Shown here piece after piece: positions 31,510-41,047 of a DNA stretch of 64,000 nucleotides. The first letter of the stretch is position 1, and each line of letters begins with the position of its first letter. The DNA is taken from the NCBI GenBank assembly GCA_039028615.1, contig JBCCHT010000057.1, positions 1 to 64,000 on the forward strand, written 5' to 3'. A program made the translations under genes and the position numbers. The DNA is from Myxococcota bacterium (GTDB taxonomy: Bacteria; Myxococcota_A; Polyangia; Nannocystales; Nannocystaceae). Below the pieces are notes generated by a model. That model worked only from the letters and a program-made list of their open reading frames with translations, was not told where the DNA came from and searched no databases.

Positions 31510-32715
31510 ATGGACTGGCGAATCGTGACCACGAAGGTCGGCATCGGGACGAGTCGAGCGCTCTCGACACAACGGGCGGGCACGGAGGCAGCCACCTCCG
31601 CTCTGGCTCCGCTCGACGGGTCGGCCGATCTGCTGCTCGTGTTCGCCTCGACCGGCTACGACCAACGAGAGCTCGTCGCCGCCATCGCCAGCCAGGCCCC
31701 CGAGGCGACGCTGGTCGGTTGCTCGGGCGAGGGCGTGATCACCCGCGACGCGTGCAACGAAGACTCGCACGTCGTCGGCGTCATGGCGCTGCAGTCGAAC
31801 ACCATCCGAGCCGAGGCGTGCCTGGTGCCGGGCTTCGCCGACGACTCGGCCGAGGCCGGCCGCGCGCTCGTGCGCTGGGTCGAGCAGATGGGCAACGGCG
31901 AGGCGCGGCTGCTCATCCTGCTGCCCGACGGGCTGGTCGGCAACTGCACCGATCTGCTCCGCGAGCTCGACGACAACCTCGACATCCCCGTCGTCGGCGG
32001 CACCTCGGCCGACGGGATGATCCTGACCAAGACGCACCAGTACCACGGCACCCGCGTCGTCAGTGAGCACGTCGCGGCCCTGCTGCTGTGCGGCGACGTC
32101 GAGCCGGTCATCGCGGTCAGCCACGGCTGCACCCCCTTGGGCCTGCCCCGCACCATCGATCGAGTGGAGGACGGCTGGGTCCGCGAGATCGACGGGCAGT
32201 CGGCCTGGGAGGTCTTCAAGGAGTATCTCGACGGAGATCCCGAGGACCTCAACGCCGATGGCGTGGTGCACCTGTGCGTCGGCGAGCCTCTGCCCTCCGC
32301 GCTGGCGGCCGACTACCACCCCCACGTCATCAATACGCCGCTGAAGCTCGACGCCGACCGCGGCTCGCTGTTCTTCCCGGGCGGCCGACTGCGCGCGGGT
32401 CAGCGCGTCCAGCTCATGCGTCGCGACGCGGACGAGATCGAAGCCAGCGCCCATGCCTGCGCCGAGCGAGTCCGAGCGACCAGACCCGACGAGGACGCCT
32501 GCCTCATGCTCCAATTCGACTGCGCGGGGCGGGGCCAGATCATGTTCGGCTCGATGGCGCGGGAGCGCACCGTGACTCCGGTACAGTCGGTCTTCCCCGA
32601 GTCCGTGCCGTGGCTCGGCTTCCACACCTTCGGCGAGATCGCCCCCATCGGCGACCGCACCTACTATCACAATTACACGGTGGCGCTGTGCGCCCTGTTC
32701 GAGGGTCGGACTTGA
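31510..32715 (+). CDS. FIST-domain sensor protein (NosP-like)
   Basis: GCSGEG, VVGGTSAD, VSHGC, FDCAGR, GFHTFGEI, YHNYT. Confidence 0.88.
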   Translation: MDWRIVTTKVGIGTSRALSTQRAGTEAATSALAPLDGSADLLLVFASTGYDQRELVAAIASQAPEATLVGCSGEGVITRDACNEDSHVVGVMALQSNTIRAEACLVPGFADDSAEAGRALVRWVEQMGNGEARLLILLPDGLVGNCTDLLRELDDNLDIPVVGGTSADGMILTKTHQYHGTRVVSEHVAALLLCGDVEPVIAVSHGCTPLGLPRTIDRVEDGWVREIDGQSAWEVFKEYLDGDPEDLNADGVVHLCVGEPLPSALAADYHPHVINTPLKLDADRGSLFFPGGRLRAGQRVQLMRRDADEIEASAHACAERVRATRPDEDACLMLQFDCAGRGQIMFGSMARERTVTPVQSVFPESVPWLGFHTFGEIAPIGDRTYYHNYTVALCALFEGRT

Positions 32716-34544
32716 GCTCCATCGGTGAGCTCGAGGATGAACTCGAGCGCCTGCGAAGCGACAACAAAGCGCTGCACGAGCAGGTCAAGCTGCTGGTGCG
32801 CACGGAGCATCGGCTCTATCGCTCGCAAAACCAGATCGACCGTCAGCTCGCCCGCGTGCGCTCGCTGGGCGACTACGTGCTCGACTGCCCCAGCGTCGCC
32901 AGACCCGAGGAAATCCTCATCGGCGTGACCGAGCTGGTGGCGCGACACTTCAACGTCGATCGCGTGCAGCCCTACGAGGTCATCGCCCGCGGGGACACCA
33001 TGCGCCTGCATGCCCCGCCCGCCGTCGAAGTGACCGTCACGGCCGAAGATCGCGAGGCCCTCGAGGCGCTCAGCGGCCCCTGGCTCGGCACCAACGAACC
33101 GGGGCAGGTCTTCTCCGCGCTCTTTGCCGCCCTCGATGCCGCCGACGCGCAGCCCGAGCCCCACCCCGAGACCGGCGACGCGGCGTTGATCCCCATCCGG
33201 GTCATGGGTCGGCTGGCGTGGGTGCTGGCGGTGCGCCGCTTCTCTCGACGCCCCGCCAATCGCTTCCAAGAGGTCCCGAACGAGAGCCACGCCCCCTTCT
33301 TCATGCTCATGGCGGGCCACATCGAGCGCGCCCTGGAGAATGCCGAGCTCAACCACGACCTGCGCATCCAGGCCGAGGAGCTCGCGGAGAGCAACCGCAA
33401 GCTCAAGGACAGCCTGGGCGATCTGGCCAGCACCCAGCATCAGCTCATCCAGGCCAGCAAGATGGAGGCCCTGGGTCGGCTCGCGGGCGGGGTCGCGCAC
33501 GACTTCAACAACCTGCTCACCGTGATCGTGGGCACCGCCCGGCTCATGCTCCACGAGGACCTGACCCCCTCGCTGCGGGAGGACTGCCGGACGATCATCG
33601 AGGCGGCCGAGCGCGGCACCGACCTCGGCCGCCAGATGCTGACCTTTGGCCGCCGTCAGTCGGGCGAGGCCCAGCGCATCGAGGTGCACCCGCTGCTCAC
33701 CGACATGAGCCGGTTGCTGCGGCGGATCATCGGCGAAGATGTCTCGCTCGAGCTGCGCCTGGAAGCCCGCAACGACGCCGTCCAGGCCGATCCAGCCCAG
33801 GTCGAGCAGGTGCTCATGAACTTGGTGCTCAACGCCCGCGACGCCATGCCCCACGGCGGCGCGATCGTGGTGGAGACCGGCCTCGCCCGCCCCGGCGATC
33901 AGCCCGACGGGCCCACCATGTTCTGCCTGACCGTCAGCGACACCGGGCGGGGCATGGACTCGAAGACGCAGGCCCGGGTCTTCGAGCCCTTCTTCACCAC
34001 CAAGGACGTCGGCGAAGGCTCGGGCATGGGCCTGGCCACCGTGTACGGCATCGTCCAGCAGCTCGAGGGCCACGTGCAGCTCGAGAGCGAGCCCGGCGAG
34101 GGCTCACGCTTCGAGGTCTACTTGCCGCTGGCCGGCCAACCCGTCGTCGAAGAGCCCGTGCCCAGCGGTGCCGTCGCGCGCCCCACCGTGCTCGTCGTCG
34201 AGGACGAAGCCGCCATTCGACGGCTCGTGGTGCGCATCCTCGGTCGACAGGGCTACGAAGTGCTGGCCGCCTCCGATGGCGAGAGCGGCCTGCGGCGCTT
34301 CGTCGAGCGCGGCGACATCGACCTGGTGCTCACCGACATCGTCATGCCCGGGCTCGACGGCGTGGGCTTGGTGCGCCTGCTTCGTCGGCGGCGACCCGAG
34401 CTGCCGATCGTGTTCATGTCCGGCTACTCGGGCGACCACCGACGGGGCATCGGCGTCGCCGACCGCAAGCGCATGCTCGACAAGCCCTTCACACCCGAGC
34501 AGCTCGTCGAGCGCATCGACGAAGCGCTGCGCACCTCGGTTTGA
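32712..34544 (+). CDS. Hybrid sensor histidine kinase / response regulator
   Basis: TTG start overlapping the FIST stop; GGVAHDFNNLL, NLVLNARDAM, FEPFFTTK, GMGLA; receiver VEDE...TDIVMP...KPF. Confidence 0.92.
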   Translation: MSSIGELEDELERLRSDNKALHEQVKLLVRTEHRLYRSQNQIDRQLARVRSLGDYVLDCPSVARPEEILIGVTELVARHFNVDRVQPYEVIARGDTMRLHAPPAVEVTVTAEDREALEALSGPWLGTNEPGQVFSALFAALDAADAQPEPHPETGDAALIPIRVMGRLAWVLAVRRFSRRPANRFQEVPNESHAPFFMLMAGHIERALENAELNHDLRIQAEELAESNRKLKDSLGDLASTQHQLIQASKMEALGRLAGGVAHDFNNLLTVIVGTARLMLHEDLTPSLREDCRTIIEAAERGTDLGRQMLTFGRRQSGEAQRIEVHPLLTDMSRLLRRIIGEDVSLELRLEARNDAVQADPAQVEQVLMNLVLNARDAMPHGGAIVVETGLARPGDQPDGPTMFCLTVSDTGRGMDSKTQARVFEPFFTTKDVGEGSGMGLATVYGIVQQLEGHVQLESEPGEGSRFEVYLPLAGQPVVEEPVPSGAVARPTVLVVEDEAAIRRLVVRILGRQGYEVLAASDGESGLRRFVERGDIDLVLTDIVMPGLDGVGLVRLLRRRRPELPIVFMSGYSGDHRRGIGVADRKRMLDKPFTPEQLVERIDEALRTSV

Positions 34545-34557
34545 GCGCGGCCGAAGG

Positions 34558-34902
34558 CTACTTGCGCGGCGACCCGCGCTTGGGCAGCTGGATCGGCGGC
34601 TTGGTCTCGTTTTTGGGGTGATCGGCGGGCCGCGGCCGATACAGCACCACCACCCGGCCGATGACCTGGGTCAGGTCGGCCTCGGCGGCATCGGCCAGCT
34701 CGCGCGCGCCTTCCTTGCGGTCACCCTCGTACGACTGCCCGAGCCGCACCTTGATGAGCTCGTGCTCGAGCAGCGCCTCTTGGGTCGCCTTGACGATCGC
34801 CTCGGTGATCCCCTGCCCTCCCACCTGCACGACGGGGTTGAGCCCGTGGGCGAGCGAACGGAGGTGAGCGCGAGCGCGGACGTTGAGCTGCGGAGCGGCC
34901 AT
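34558..34902 (-). CDS. yhbY: YhbY RNA-binding (CRM domain) protein
   Basis: HLRSLAHGLNPVVQVG, HELIKV, QVIGRVVVLYR. Confidence 0.92.
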   Translation of the reverse strand: MAAPQLNVRARAHLRSLAHGLNPVVQVGGQGITEAIVKATQEALLEHELIKVRLGQSYEGDRKEGARELADAAEADLTQVIGRVVVLYRPRPADHPKNETKPPIQLPKRGSPRK

Positions 34903-34968
34903 GGCGAGCCGCCGACCTTGCCCGCTTTGCCCGGGGCACGCAAGCCAGCGCGCCGCGCGTCGTACGAG

Positions 34969-35781
34969 CTAGCTCTCGGTGGGCGGCGTGTCAGCCAGCG
35001 GCGGCGTGGTGGCCCCGCCCGACCAGCGCAGCCACAAAAGCCACTCGCGGTTCCCGGTCTTGCCCTCGAGCTCGGACGCACAGGCATCGATGAAGCGCAG
35101 GCCGTGCTCGGCCGCGCTCTGGCGCGCCCGCTCGAGAGCCTCTTGGCGAAGGGCCTCCTCGCGCACGATGCCGCCTTTGCCCACGCGACCGGGGTCGAGC
35201 TCGAACTGCGGCTTCACCAGGATCACCGCGTCGGCGTTGGGCGCCATGAAGCGCGGCAGGTGGGGCAGGACCTTGGCGGCGGAGATGAACGAGCAATCCA
35301 TCACCACCAGCTGCACGGGCTCACCCAGCTCGGCGGGATCGAGCTTGCGAATGTTGCGACGGTCGTGGACGACCACGCGCTCGTCCTTGGCGAGCGACCA
35401 GGCCAGCTGCCCGTAGCCGACGTCGACGGCGTGCACCCGGGCCACGCCCGACTGCAGCAGACAATCGGTGAAGCCCCCGGTCGAGGCGCCCACGTCCATG
35501 GCCACCCGCCCCTCGACCTGCAAAGGCTCGTGCTCGATCTCGGTATTGGGGGCGGTGAAGCGCCGCAGCGCGCCCGCCAGCTTCAGGCCGCCGCGCGAGA
35601 CATAGGGGTTGTCGTCGCCGCGCACCCGGATGTCGGCATCGCGCGCGACCATGGTGCCGGGCTTGTCGACGCGCTGCTCCGCGACCAGGACCTTGCCCGC
35701 CATGATCAGCGCCTGCGCCCGCGTGCGGCTGGGCACGAGGCCTCGCTCCACGAGCAAACGATCGATGCGGTCGCGCTTCAT
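34969..35781 (-). CDS. tlyA: TlyA-family rRNA 2'-O-methyltransferase
   Basis: S4 domain; YVSRGGLKL, DVGASTGGFTD, LVKPQFE, GNRE. Confidence 0.95.
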   Translation of the reverse strand: MKRDRIDRLLVERGLVPSRTRAQALIMAGKVLVAEQRVDKPGTMVARDADIRVRGDDNPYVSRGGLKLAGALRRFTAPNTEIEHEPLQVEGRVAMDVGASTGGFTDCLLQSGVARVHAVDVGYGQLAWSLAKDERVVVHDRRNIRKLDPAELGEPVQLVVMDCSFISAAKVLPHLPRFMAPNADAVILVKPQFELDPGRVGKGGIVREEALRQEALERARQSAAEHGLRFIDACASELEGKTGNREWLLWLRWSGGATTPPLADTPPTES

Positions 35782-36041
35782 CCCGACCCGCGCAGGCTAG
35801 AGCACCCACCCGGGCGACGCCACGAACCCCCGATGTCGGGGCGCTGGGGAGCCGAGCCCACACCGTGCGTGCGGAAGAATCCGAGCCCCCGAGCCGCGCT
35901 TGCTGCGAGTCGCCGCCGACGGACGGGTACGACTTCGTGCCCTGGGACCGGATGGCACACGAGGTGACACAAAGTGAGCAGATCCCGCAGTGGTTGGAGG
36001 TGCCCGCAGGACTCGGCCAACCGCGCTACCCTTGCGTCCGC

Positions 36042-36218
36042 ATGCGCGAGTGGCTGATGAGCCTGACCCGCCCCGAGGACCACCTGTTGTGGGCCTGGGC
36101 GGTGATCGTTGGGGGCTACGGGGTCATTGGCGCGATGTTGGGCGTCCGCGCCCGGCGGCGAGAGGCCGCCGCTTCGGCCTCCGCCTCCGCGTCGGAAACG
36201 AATTCCAGCTCACGCTGA
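36042..36218 (+). CDS. Possible small single-TM protein
   Basis: Hydrophobic stretch followed by RARRRE; start uncertain. Confidence 0.35.
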   Translation: MREWLMSLTRPEDHLLWAWAVIVGGYGVIGAMLGVRARRREAAASASASASETNSSSR

Positions 36219-36268
36219 GGCGGGCTTGCGCGGCTGTGCGCGTTCGGCTAGGTTCCCCCGCACTTCAC

Positions 36269-36341
36269 GGGGCCGTAGCTCAGCTGGGAGAGCGGTGCGT
36301 TCGCAATGCACAGGTCAGGGGTTCGATCCCCCTCGGCTCCA
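36269..36341 (+). tRNA. tRNA-Ala, anticodon CGC (3' CCA not encoded)
   Basis: GGGGCCG/CGGCTCC acceptor stem with G3:U70; D-arm; anticodon loop TTCGCAA; GGTTCGATCC T-arm. Confidence 0.97.
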
Positions 36342-36450
36342 CCCCTAAAAACCTCCTCGACCCGGTGCTACCATGCTCGGCATCCCAAGGGATGCGAGCC
36401 CCGGTAGACACCGGGCAAGGTAGCCCATTCGGGCTTCGGTTCACGGAGGC

Positions 36451-37227
36451 ATGTACAAGCTCTTCAAGCGCTCTCATGTGCCGGGGATCTTCGAGATCCA
36501 GATCTCCGGTGCCTGCGATCCGGGCATCGCCCGCGATCACAACGAAGACGCGATCGCCATCCAAGAGGACGATGGGCGGGGCTACATGCTCGTCATCGTC
36601 TGCGACGGCATGGGCGGGCACAGTGCGGGCGAGGTTGCATCCGCCCTCGCGGTGGGGGTGATCAGCGAGTACATCGAGCGCGAGTTCGGTGGCGACAAGA
36701 CCCCCGACCAGCTGCTGCAGGAGGGCTTCGCCCTCGCCAACGAACGCATCGACGAGCAGGCCCAGGTCAACCCCAGCGCCCACGGCATGGGCTGCACCTG
36801 CGTCGCGGTCATGGGCGTCAAAGACCGCATGTGGATCGGCCACGCCGGGGACAGCCGGCTGTATCGCGTTCGCGATGCCACGGCCGAGCAGATCACCGTG
36901 GACCACACGATGGTCCAGGAGCTCGTCGACCAAAACTTGATCACGCCCGAGCAGGCGGCCACGCACCCGTACCGGGGTCGCATCAGCCGCTGCCTGGGGC
37001 ACGGCAAGCACAAGAGCGACGCCAGCATCAACGAGCTGACCTTCGAGAAGGGCGACAACCTGCTGCTGTGCAGCGACGGCCTGAGCGACGTGGTCCCCGT
37101 CGAGGAGATCCAAGCCCTCGTGGGTCAGCGCGACGTTCGAGACGCCACGCGGCGGCTCATCGAAGCGGCGAACAAGCACGGCGGGCCCGACAACATCTCG
37201 GCCATCGTCATGCGCCGCGTCGTCTAG
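36451..37227 (+). CDS. PP2C-family Ser/Thr phosphatase
   Basis: RDHNED, VCDGMGGH, GDSRLY, LCSDGL, GGPDN. Confidence 0.95.
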   Translation: MYKLFKRSHVPGIFEIQISGACDPGIARDHNEDAIAIQEDDGRGYMLVIVCDGMGGHSAGEVASALAVGVISEYIEREFGGDKTPDQLLQEGFALANERIDEQAQVNPSAHGMGCTCVAVMGVKDRMWIGHAGDSRLYRVRDATAEQITVDHTMVQELVDQNLITPEQAATHPYRGRISRCLGHGKHKSDASINELTFEKGDNLLLCSDGLSDVVPVEEIQALVGQRDVRDATRRLIEAANKHGGPDNISAIVMRRVV

Positions 37228-37727
37228 CTTCGCGGCGGGGCCAGCGATTGTTCGTACTGGGTGAACGAGCGCCCGTCGCGTTCGCGCACGAACACGTGCG
37301 TGGCCGAAAAGCCTTGGCCGAGCACGAAGGCGGTGGCGCGCCCGTTGACGGTGGCCACCGTGGCCCGCACGCGAGCGGCCGACTGCAGGCGGGGCGCCCG
37401 AAGCAGGGCGAGCAGGGCCCCGGCGCCCGCCCCCGTGCCCACCAGGTCGGGGCGTAGGCCGATCCCGACATCGACCACCTCGTCATCGTCGGCGTCGTCG
37501 TAGCGACCGCCCGGCACCCGGGCTTCGACCCCGAAGGTGCCGTAGCCGAGCAGCTCGCCGCCCGGAGTGCTCAGCGCGACATGATCGGGAGCCCGCAGCT
37601 CGGCCGCGCCCGCGCCCGGATCGTAGATCTTCAGCGCTCCCGGGTAGGACCAGGTGGCGATGGCCCGGCGGTCGTCGTCGGTCAGCGGTCGAACCGAGAA
37701 CTCGGGCAGCGGCGGACGGGCGACCAT
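37224..37727 (-). CDS. GNAT-family acetyltransferase
   Basis: IATWSY; VGIGLRPDLVGTGAG acetyl-CoA-binding motif. Confidence 0.8.
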   Translation of the reverse strand: MVARPPLPEFSVRPLTDDDRRAIATWSYPGALKIYDPGAGAAELRAPDHVALSTPGGELLGYGTFGVEARVPGGRYDDADDDEVVDVGIGLRPDLVGTGAGAGALLALLRAPRLQSAARVRATVATVNGRATAFVLGQGFSATHVFVRERDGRSFTQYEQSLAPPRS

Positions 37728-37778
37728 GGCCTCGCCAGTGTGCCCGACCGATGTCCGCGTGCAACACCGAGCCCGGGC

Positions 37779-38921
37779 TCACCCCGCGGGTTCGGTGACC
37801 GGACCGCCGCCGCCTTCACACTGGAAGCGGAAGTTGTCCAGGAACACCATGCTGTTCAGGTTCACGTCGTCGAGGTCGAAGACGGCGAAGACCAGCTCGA
37901 TCTCCTCGCCCGGCTCGACCGCGGCCGTGCTGGTGAGCCACGGCGTGCCTGCGCCGTAGCGCATGCAGGTGCCGGAAAACTGCGGCAGGTCTCCGTTGGT
38001 GTCCTGGTAGTCGAAGAACGCCGCGTTGAGCGAAAGCGCGTTGCCGCCGTCGTCGTAGGAGATGTTGCCGCTCCAGCTGGGCCCCTCGAGCCACGCGAGG
38101 AACATGTCGTTGTAAGGCTGCCCTGCGAAGACGGGCCACTCGGTGGTCAGGTAGGCCACGTCGAAGCTCAGCGCATGGGCATCGTCGGGCACGGTCAGGC
38201 TGATGCGCAGCTCCTGATAGTCGTACTTGAAGCCGCTCTGGGAGAACTGGTCCTGGATGGTGTTGGAGCAGTCGCCCGTCCCCACCAAGCCGGGATTGGC
38301 CATGCAATCGCCGCCCACGTTCTGGGCCTGAATCGGCGCGGGGAAGGTGGCGGTGTTCATGCCATCGCCGGGCGAAAACCAGTCGTTGCAGTGATTGATC
38401 TGATCGCCGGGACCGGTGGGCTCGTCGCCGAGCTCCGCCACGTGCCCGGTGGAGAGCACCACGTACGAGCTGCCCTCCCGCGGGGCATAGGTCCCGTCCG
38501 CGCCGAAGCTCGTCAGGATGCCGAGGCCATCGGGGTGGGCGTCGATGCTGGAGACGATCTCCGTCTCGCCAGCACAGCCCAGGCCCATCGCATGGAAGGG
38601 ATCGTCGGTCCCCGCGTCGCAGGGGGTGTGGATCACCGCCTCGCAGTCGCCGGGGAAGATCCCCGTCTCGTCGTTGCCGATGTCGAAGAGGAACCCGGTG
38701 GTATCGCCGCCCGGATTCGAATCGCTGGCCGAGCCGCCCTCGGTACCCGCCGTGTCGTCGGCCGATCCGGGGCCGCCCCCGCTCGCACCGGGATTCGACG
38801 TCGCACCGTCGGCCGTCGTGGTCGGCACGCCGAACGGGCTATCGCCCCCGTCGTCATTGCAAGCCGGCAACAGGCACGGCAACACCAACAACGAAGCAAC
38901 GTGAGCAACAGACGAAGTCAT
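37779..38921 (-). CDS. Lipoprotein with choice-of-anchor-L-like domain
   Basis: Lipobox LPAC; VLSTG, EWP.F....YNDMF, GAGT.WL, FAVFDL.D...SMVFLDNF. Confidence 0.75.
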   Translation of the reverse strand: MTSSVAHVASLLVLPCLLPACNDDGGDSPFGVPTTTADGATSNPGASGGGPGSADDTAGTEGGSASDSNPGGDTTGFLFDIGNDETGIFPGDCEAVIHTPCDAGTDDPFHAMGLGCAGETEIVSSIDAHPDGLGILTSFGADGTYAPREGSSYVVLSTGHVAELGDEPTGPGDQINHCNDWFSPGDGMNTATFPAPIQAQNVGGDCMANPGLVGTGDCSNTIQDQFSQSGFKYDYQELRISLTVPDDAHALSFDVAYLTTEWPVFAGQPYNDMFLAWLEGPSWSGNISYDDGGNALSLNAAFFDYQDTNGDLPQFSGTCMRYGAGTPWLTSTAAVEPGEEIELVFAVFDLDDVNLNSMVFLDNFRFQCEGGGGPVTEPAG

Positions 38922-39104
38922 GACGACTCCATCTTACGGCCCCCATCGGTCCTAAATCGGACGCTTTGGGTGCAACCGCCTATTGAACGTGACAGCACCG
39001 AAGTGATCGAAACGCACAGGTTCGCTCGAGGGTACGACTCGAGTGAGCTGCATGGGCGCGCCCTCGAAACGGAGCGCGGCCGACTTCCAAACGCGCCGAA
39101 GGGC

Positions 39105-39365
39105 TCAGGAGCGGGCTTGCGCCAGCTCGCCTGCCTCTTCGTTCGCCGCGTTGAACTGCGGCTGCGGAGTGCGGCCGTAGTTCACCGACATCCACGTGCG
39201 CTCGTGCAGGTAGTACGCGAAGATCTTCAGCAGCGAGTCCGCAAAGCCTAGTGACAGTGCGAACGCGGCCTTGCCGGTATAAAGGTACGCAATCGTCGCG
39301 GTAATGGACCACGCGATCACGCGCCAGCTGAGGGCCTTTGCCAAGCTCCGTCGCTTCGACTCCAT
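39105..39365 (-). CDS. DUF2061-domain small membrane protein
   Basis: ESKRRSLAKALSWRVIA...YYLHERTW. Confidence 0.85.
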   Translation of the reverse strand: MESKRRSLAKALSWRVIAWSITATIAYLYTGKAAFALSLGFADSLLKIFAYYLHERTWMSVNYGRTPQPQFNAANEEAGELAQARS

Positions 39366-39678
39366 CGTACCGTCTCCTGTTGCCTTGTCCGCTCGCAGCT
39401 TCGTTCCCGCGAGACAGGAAGAGTCTTGGACTTTTGCGTGGCTTTTTCAAACGGCAAAGCACCGTGAATTATAGATTTCTTGGATCGACCCATTTTCGTC
39501 CCTCGGCCTCGGGTCGTCATTAAGTCGAGATTTCAAGATCATAGGAGGGAATTCGGTCTCTCCTGGAGCCCTTCATATTAAACAGCGACATACCGTATAT
39601 AAAGCTCGTTCCGCCGGGCTCGCCGCGTCGCTTAACCTAGGAGCCGCGACGCTCCCCACACCGGGATGGTCATCAAAA

Positions 39679-41034
39679 GTGGCGGCACCGCTTCGAGCAC
39701 ATGCGAAACGACTGGGGCTCTTCGGTACTGCGGCATTGATCTGGTTGTGCTTCGTCGGGCTCGCGATCGCGGCCCCGCGCGACGTGCCTTCGGGGTGGAA
39801 CTCCGGCGATGCAGCGGCTGCCACGGCGCAGAGCAACGCGGCCGATTGGGCGGCGGCGTGGGGAGGTCAGGTCGAGTTCGTGATGTCGACGCCCGACGAC
39901 GACGCGCTGGTCGAGACGCTCGTCATCGTGGACGTGCCCGCACCGCTCCCCGACGGGTTCACGAGCGACTCGAGCACTGCCCACGCCTGGCTCGAGCCCC
40001 GCGCGCAGAAGGCCTTCGGCACCCAGCTCTCGCTGCCCGCCACGGCGACGAGCTTCGAGCCCACCGATCGACCCGACGTCGGCATCACCCGCGGCCGGGC
40101 CACGATCGACGACCGCGTGGTCCTGCTCGCCGTCGCACCCAAGGGAGCGCGCCACGTCGTGGTCGTCATGGTGTTGGCTGCGAACGAGGAAATCCTCTAC
40201 GGCGACGTCTTCGAGTCGACGGTGGACGGGCTCGATGGCCTCAGCTCGACCATCGCTCCGTTTCCCCGCACCACCTGGCGCATCGTCGGCTGGGCGCTGT
40301 GGCTCGTGTTCGGCCTCGGGGCGGCGATCGAGTGGACGCGTCGTTCCTTGCCGCGTCCGGGCGCTCGGGTGGCGGGTCGCCAGGTCGCCGCATTGCTGGC
40401 GGCGACCTCGATCCTCGTGCTGGTCGTGCTCGGCCCGAGCCTCGGCGACTCGGCCGTCGAGCTGACCCTGGCCGGGACCACCCCCTGGAGCTTCGCGGCC
40501 GAGCTGGCCGCGGGGGGAATCGTGGCGGCGATCCTCGCGGTGGTCGTGACCGAGCTGTGGGCGCGGCGGCTGACTCCGGTAGCCAGCGCCCCGCGGGCGG
40601 GCACCTTTGCGCCCGTGGCCACCGCCCCGCGAGCGGCAGAGTCCTCGGCCTCGACCCTCGAGGTCCGCAACCCCGCCCTGCCCCCGGTCCCCTCCATCGA
40701 CGTGCCGAGCGACGACCCGGCCCTGTCCACCACCTCGAATACCGGCGCTCCGCTGGCCCCCGCCCGCCCCGAGCCCGGTGCGCCCGACGGTCCCGCCTCG
40801 CTCATCGACGCTCGCGAGAGCGGACCCGAGCCCTCGTACGACGACCCCACCAAGCCCATCGTCGTCGGCTCGATTCCCAAGGCGATCGACCCCGAAGAAG
40901 CGCCCACGCCCGCGCCCGAGTCGACCGGTGCCTCGCAGAGCGACCTGTTCCCGCGGCTGACCGTCGAGCGGGGGCCGCAGCCCACCGACTCACACCCCGC
41001 CCTGGACGCACCGATTCCGACGTACGAGGACTGA
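39679..41034 (+). CDS. Membrane protein: exported N-domain, 3 TM helices, Pro-rich tail
   Basis: Signal-like N-terminus; hydrophobic segments; low-complexity C-terminus. Confidence 0.7.
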   Translation: MAAPLRAHAKRLGLFGTAALIWLCFVGLAIAAPRDVPSGWNSGDAAAATAQSNAADWAAAWGGQVEFVMSTPDDDALVETLVIVDVPAPLPDGFTSDSSTAHAWLEPRAQKAFGTQLSLPATATSFEPTDRPDVGITRGRATIDDRVVLLAVAPKGARHVVVVMVLAANEEILYGDVFESTVDGLDGLSSTIAPFPRTTWRIVGWALWLVFGLGAAIEWTRRSLPRPGARVAGRQVAALLAATSILVLVVLGPSLGDSAVELTLAGTTPWSFAAELAAGGIVAAILAVVVTELWARRLTPVASAPRAGTFAPVATAPRAAESSASTLEVRNPALPPVPSIDVPSDDPALSTTSNTGAPLAPARPEPGAPDGPASLIDARESGPEPSYDDPTKPIVVGSIPKAIDPEEAPTPAPESTGASQSDLFPRLTVERGPQPTDSHPALDAPIPTYED

Positions 41035-41047
41035 GCTCGAGCGGGTT

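Noticed and set aside
36269..36450. tRNA-Ala as an integration site for a genomic island
   Set aside because: No integrase, no duplicated tRNA 3' end noticed, and the flanking genes have normal composition.
39366..39610. Low-GC patch as a horizontally acquired element or SAM-I riboswitch
   Set aside because: Short and intergenic like other promoter regions, with no SAM-I consensus or mobile-element signature.
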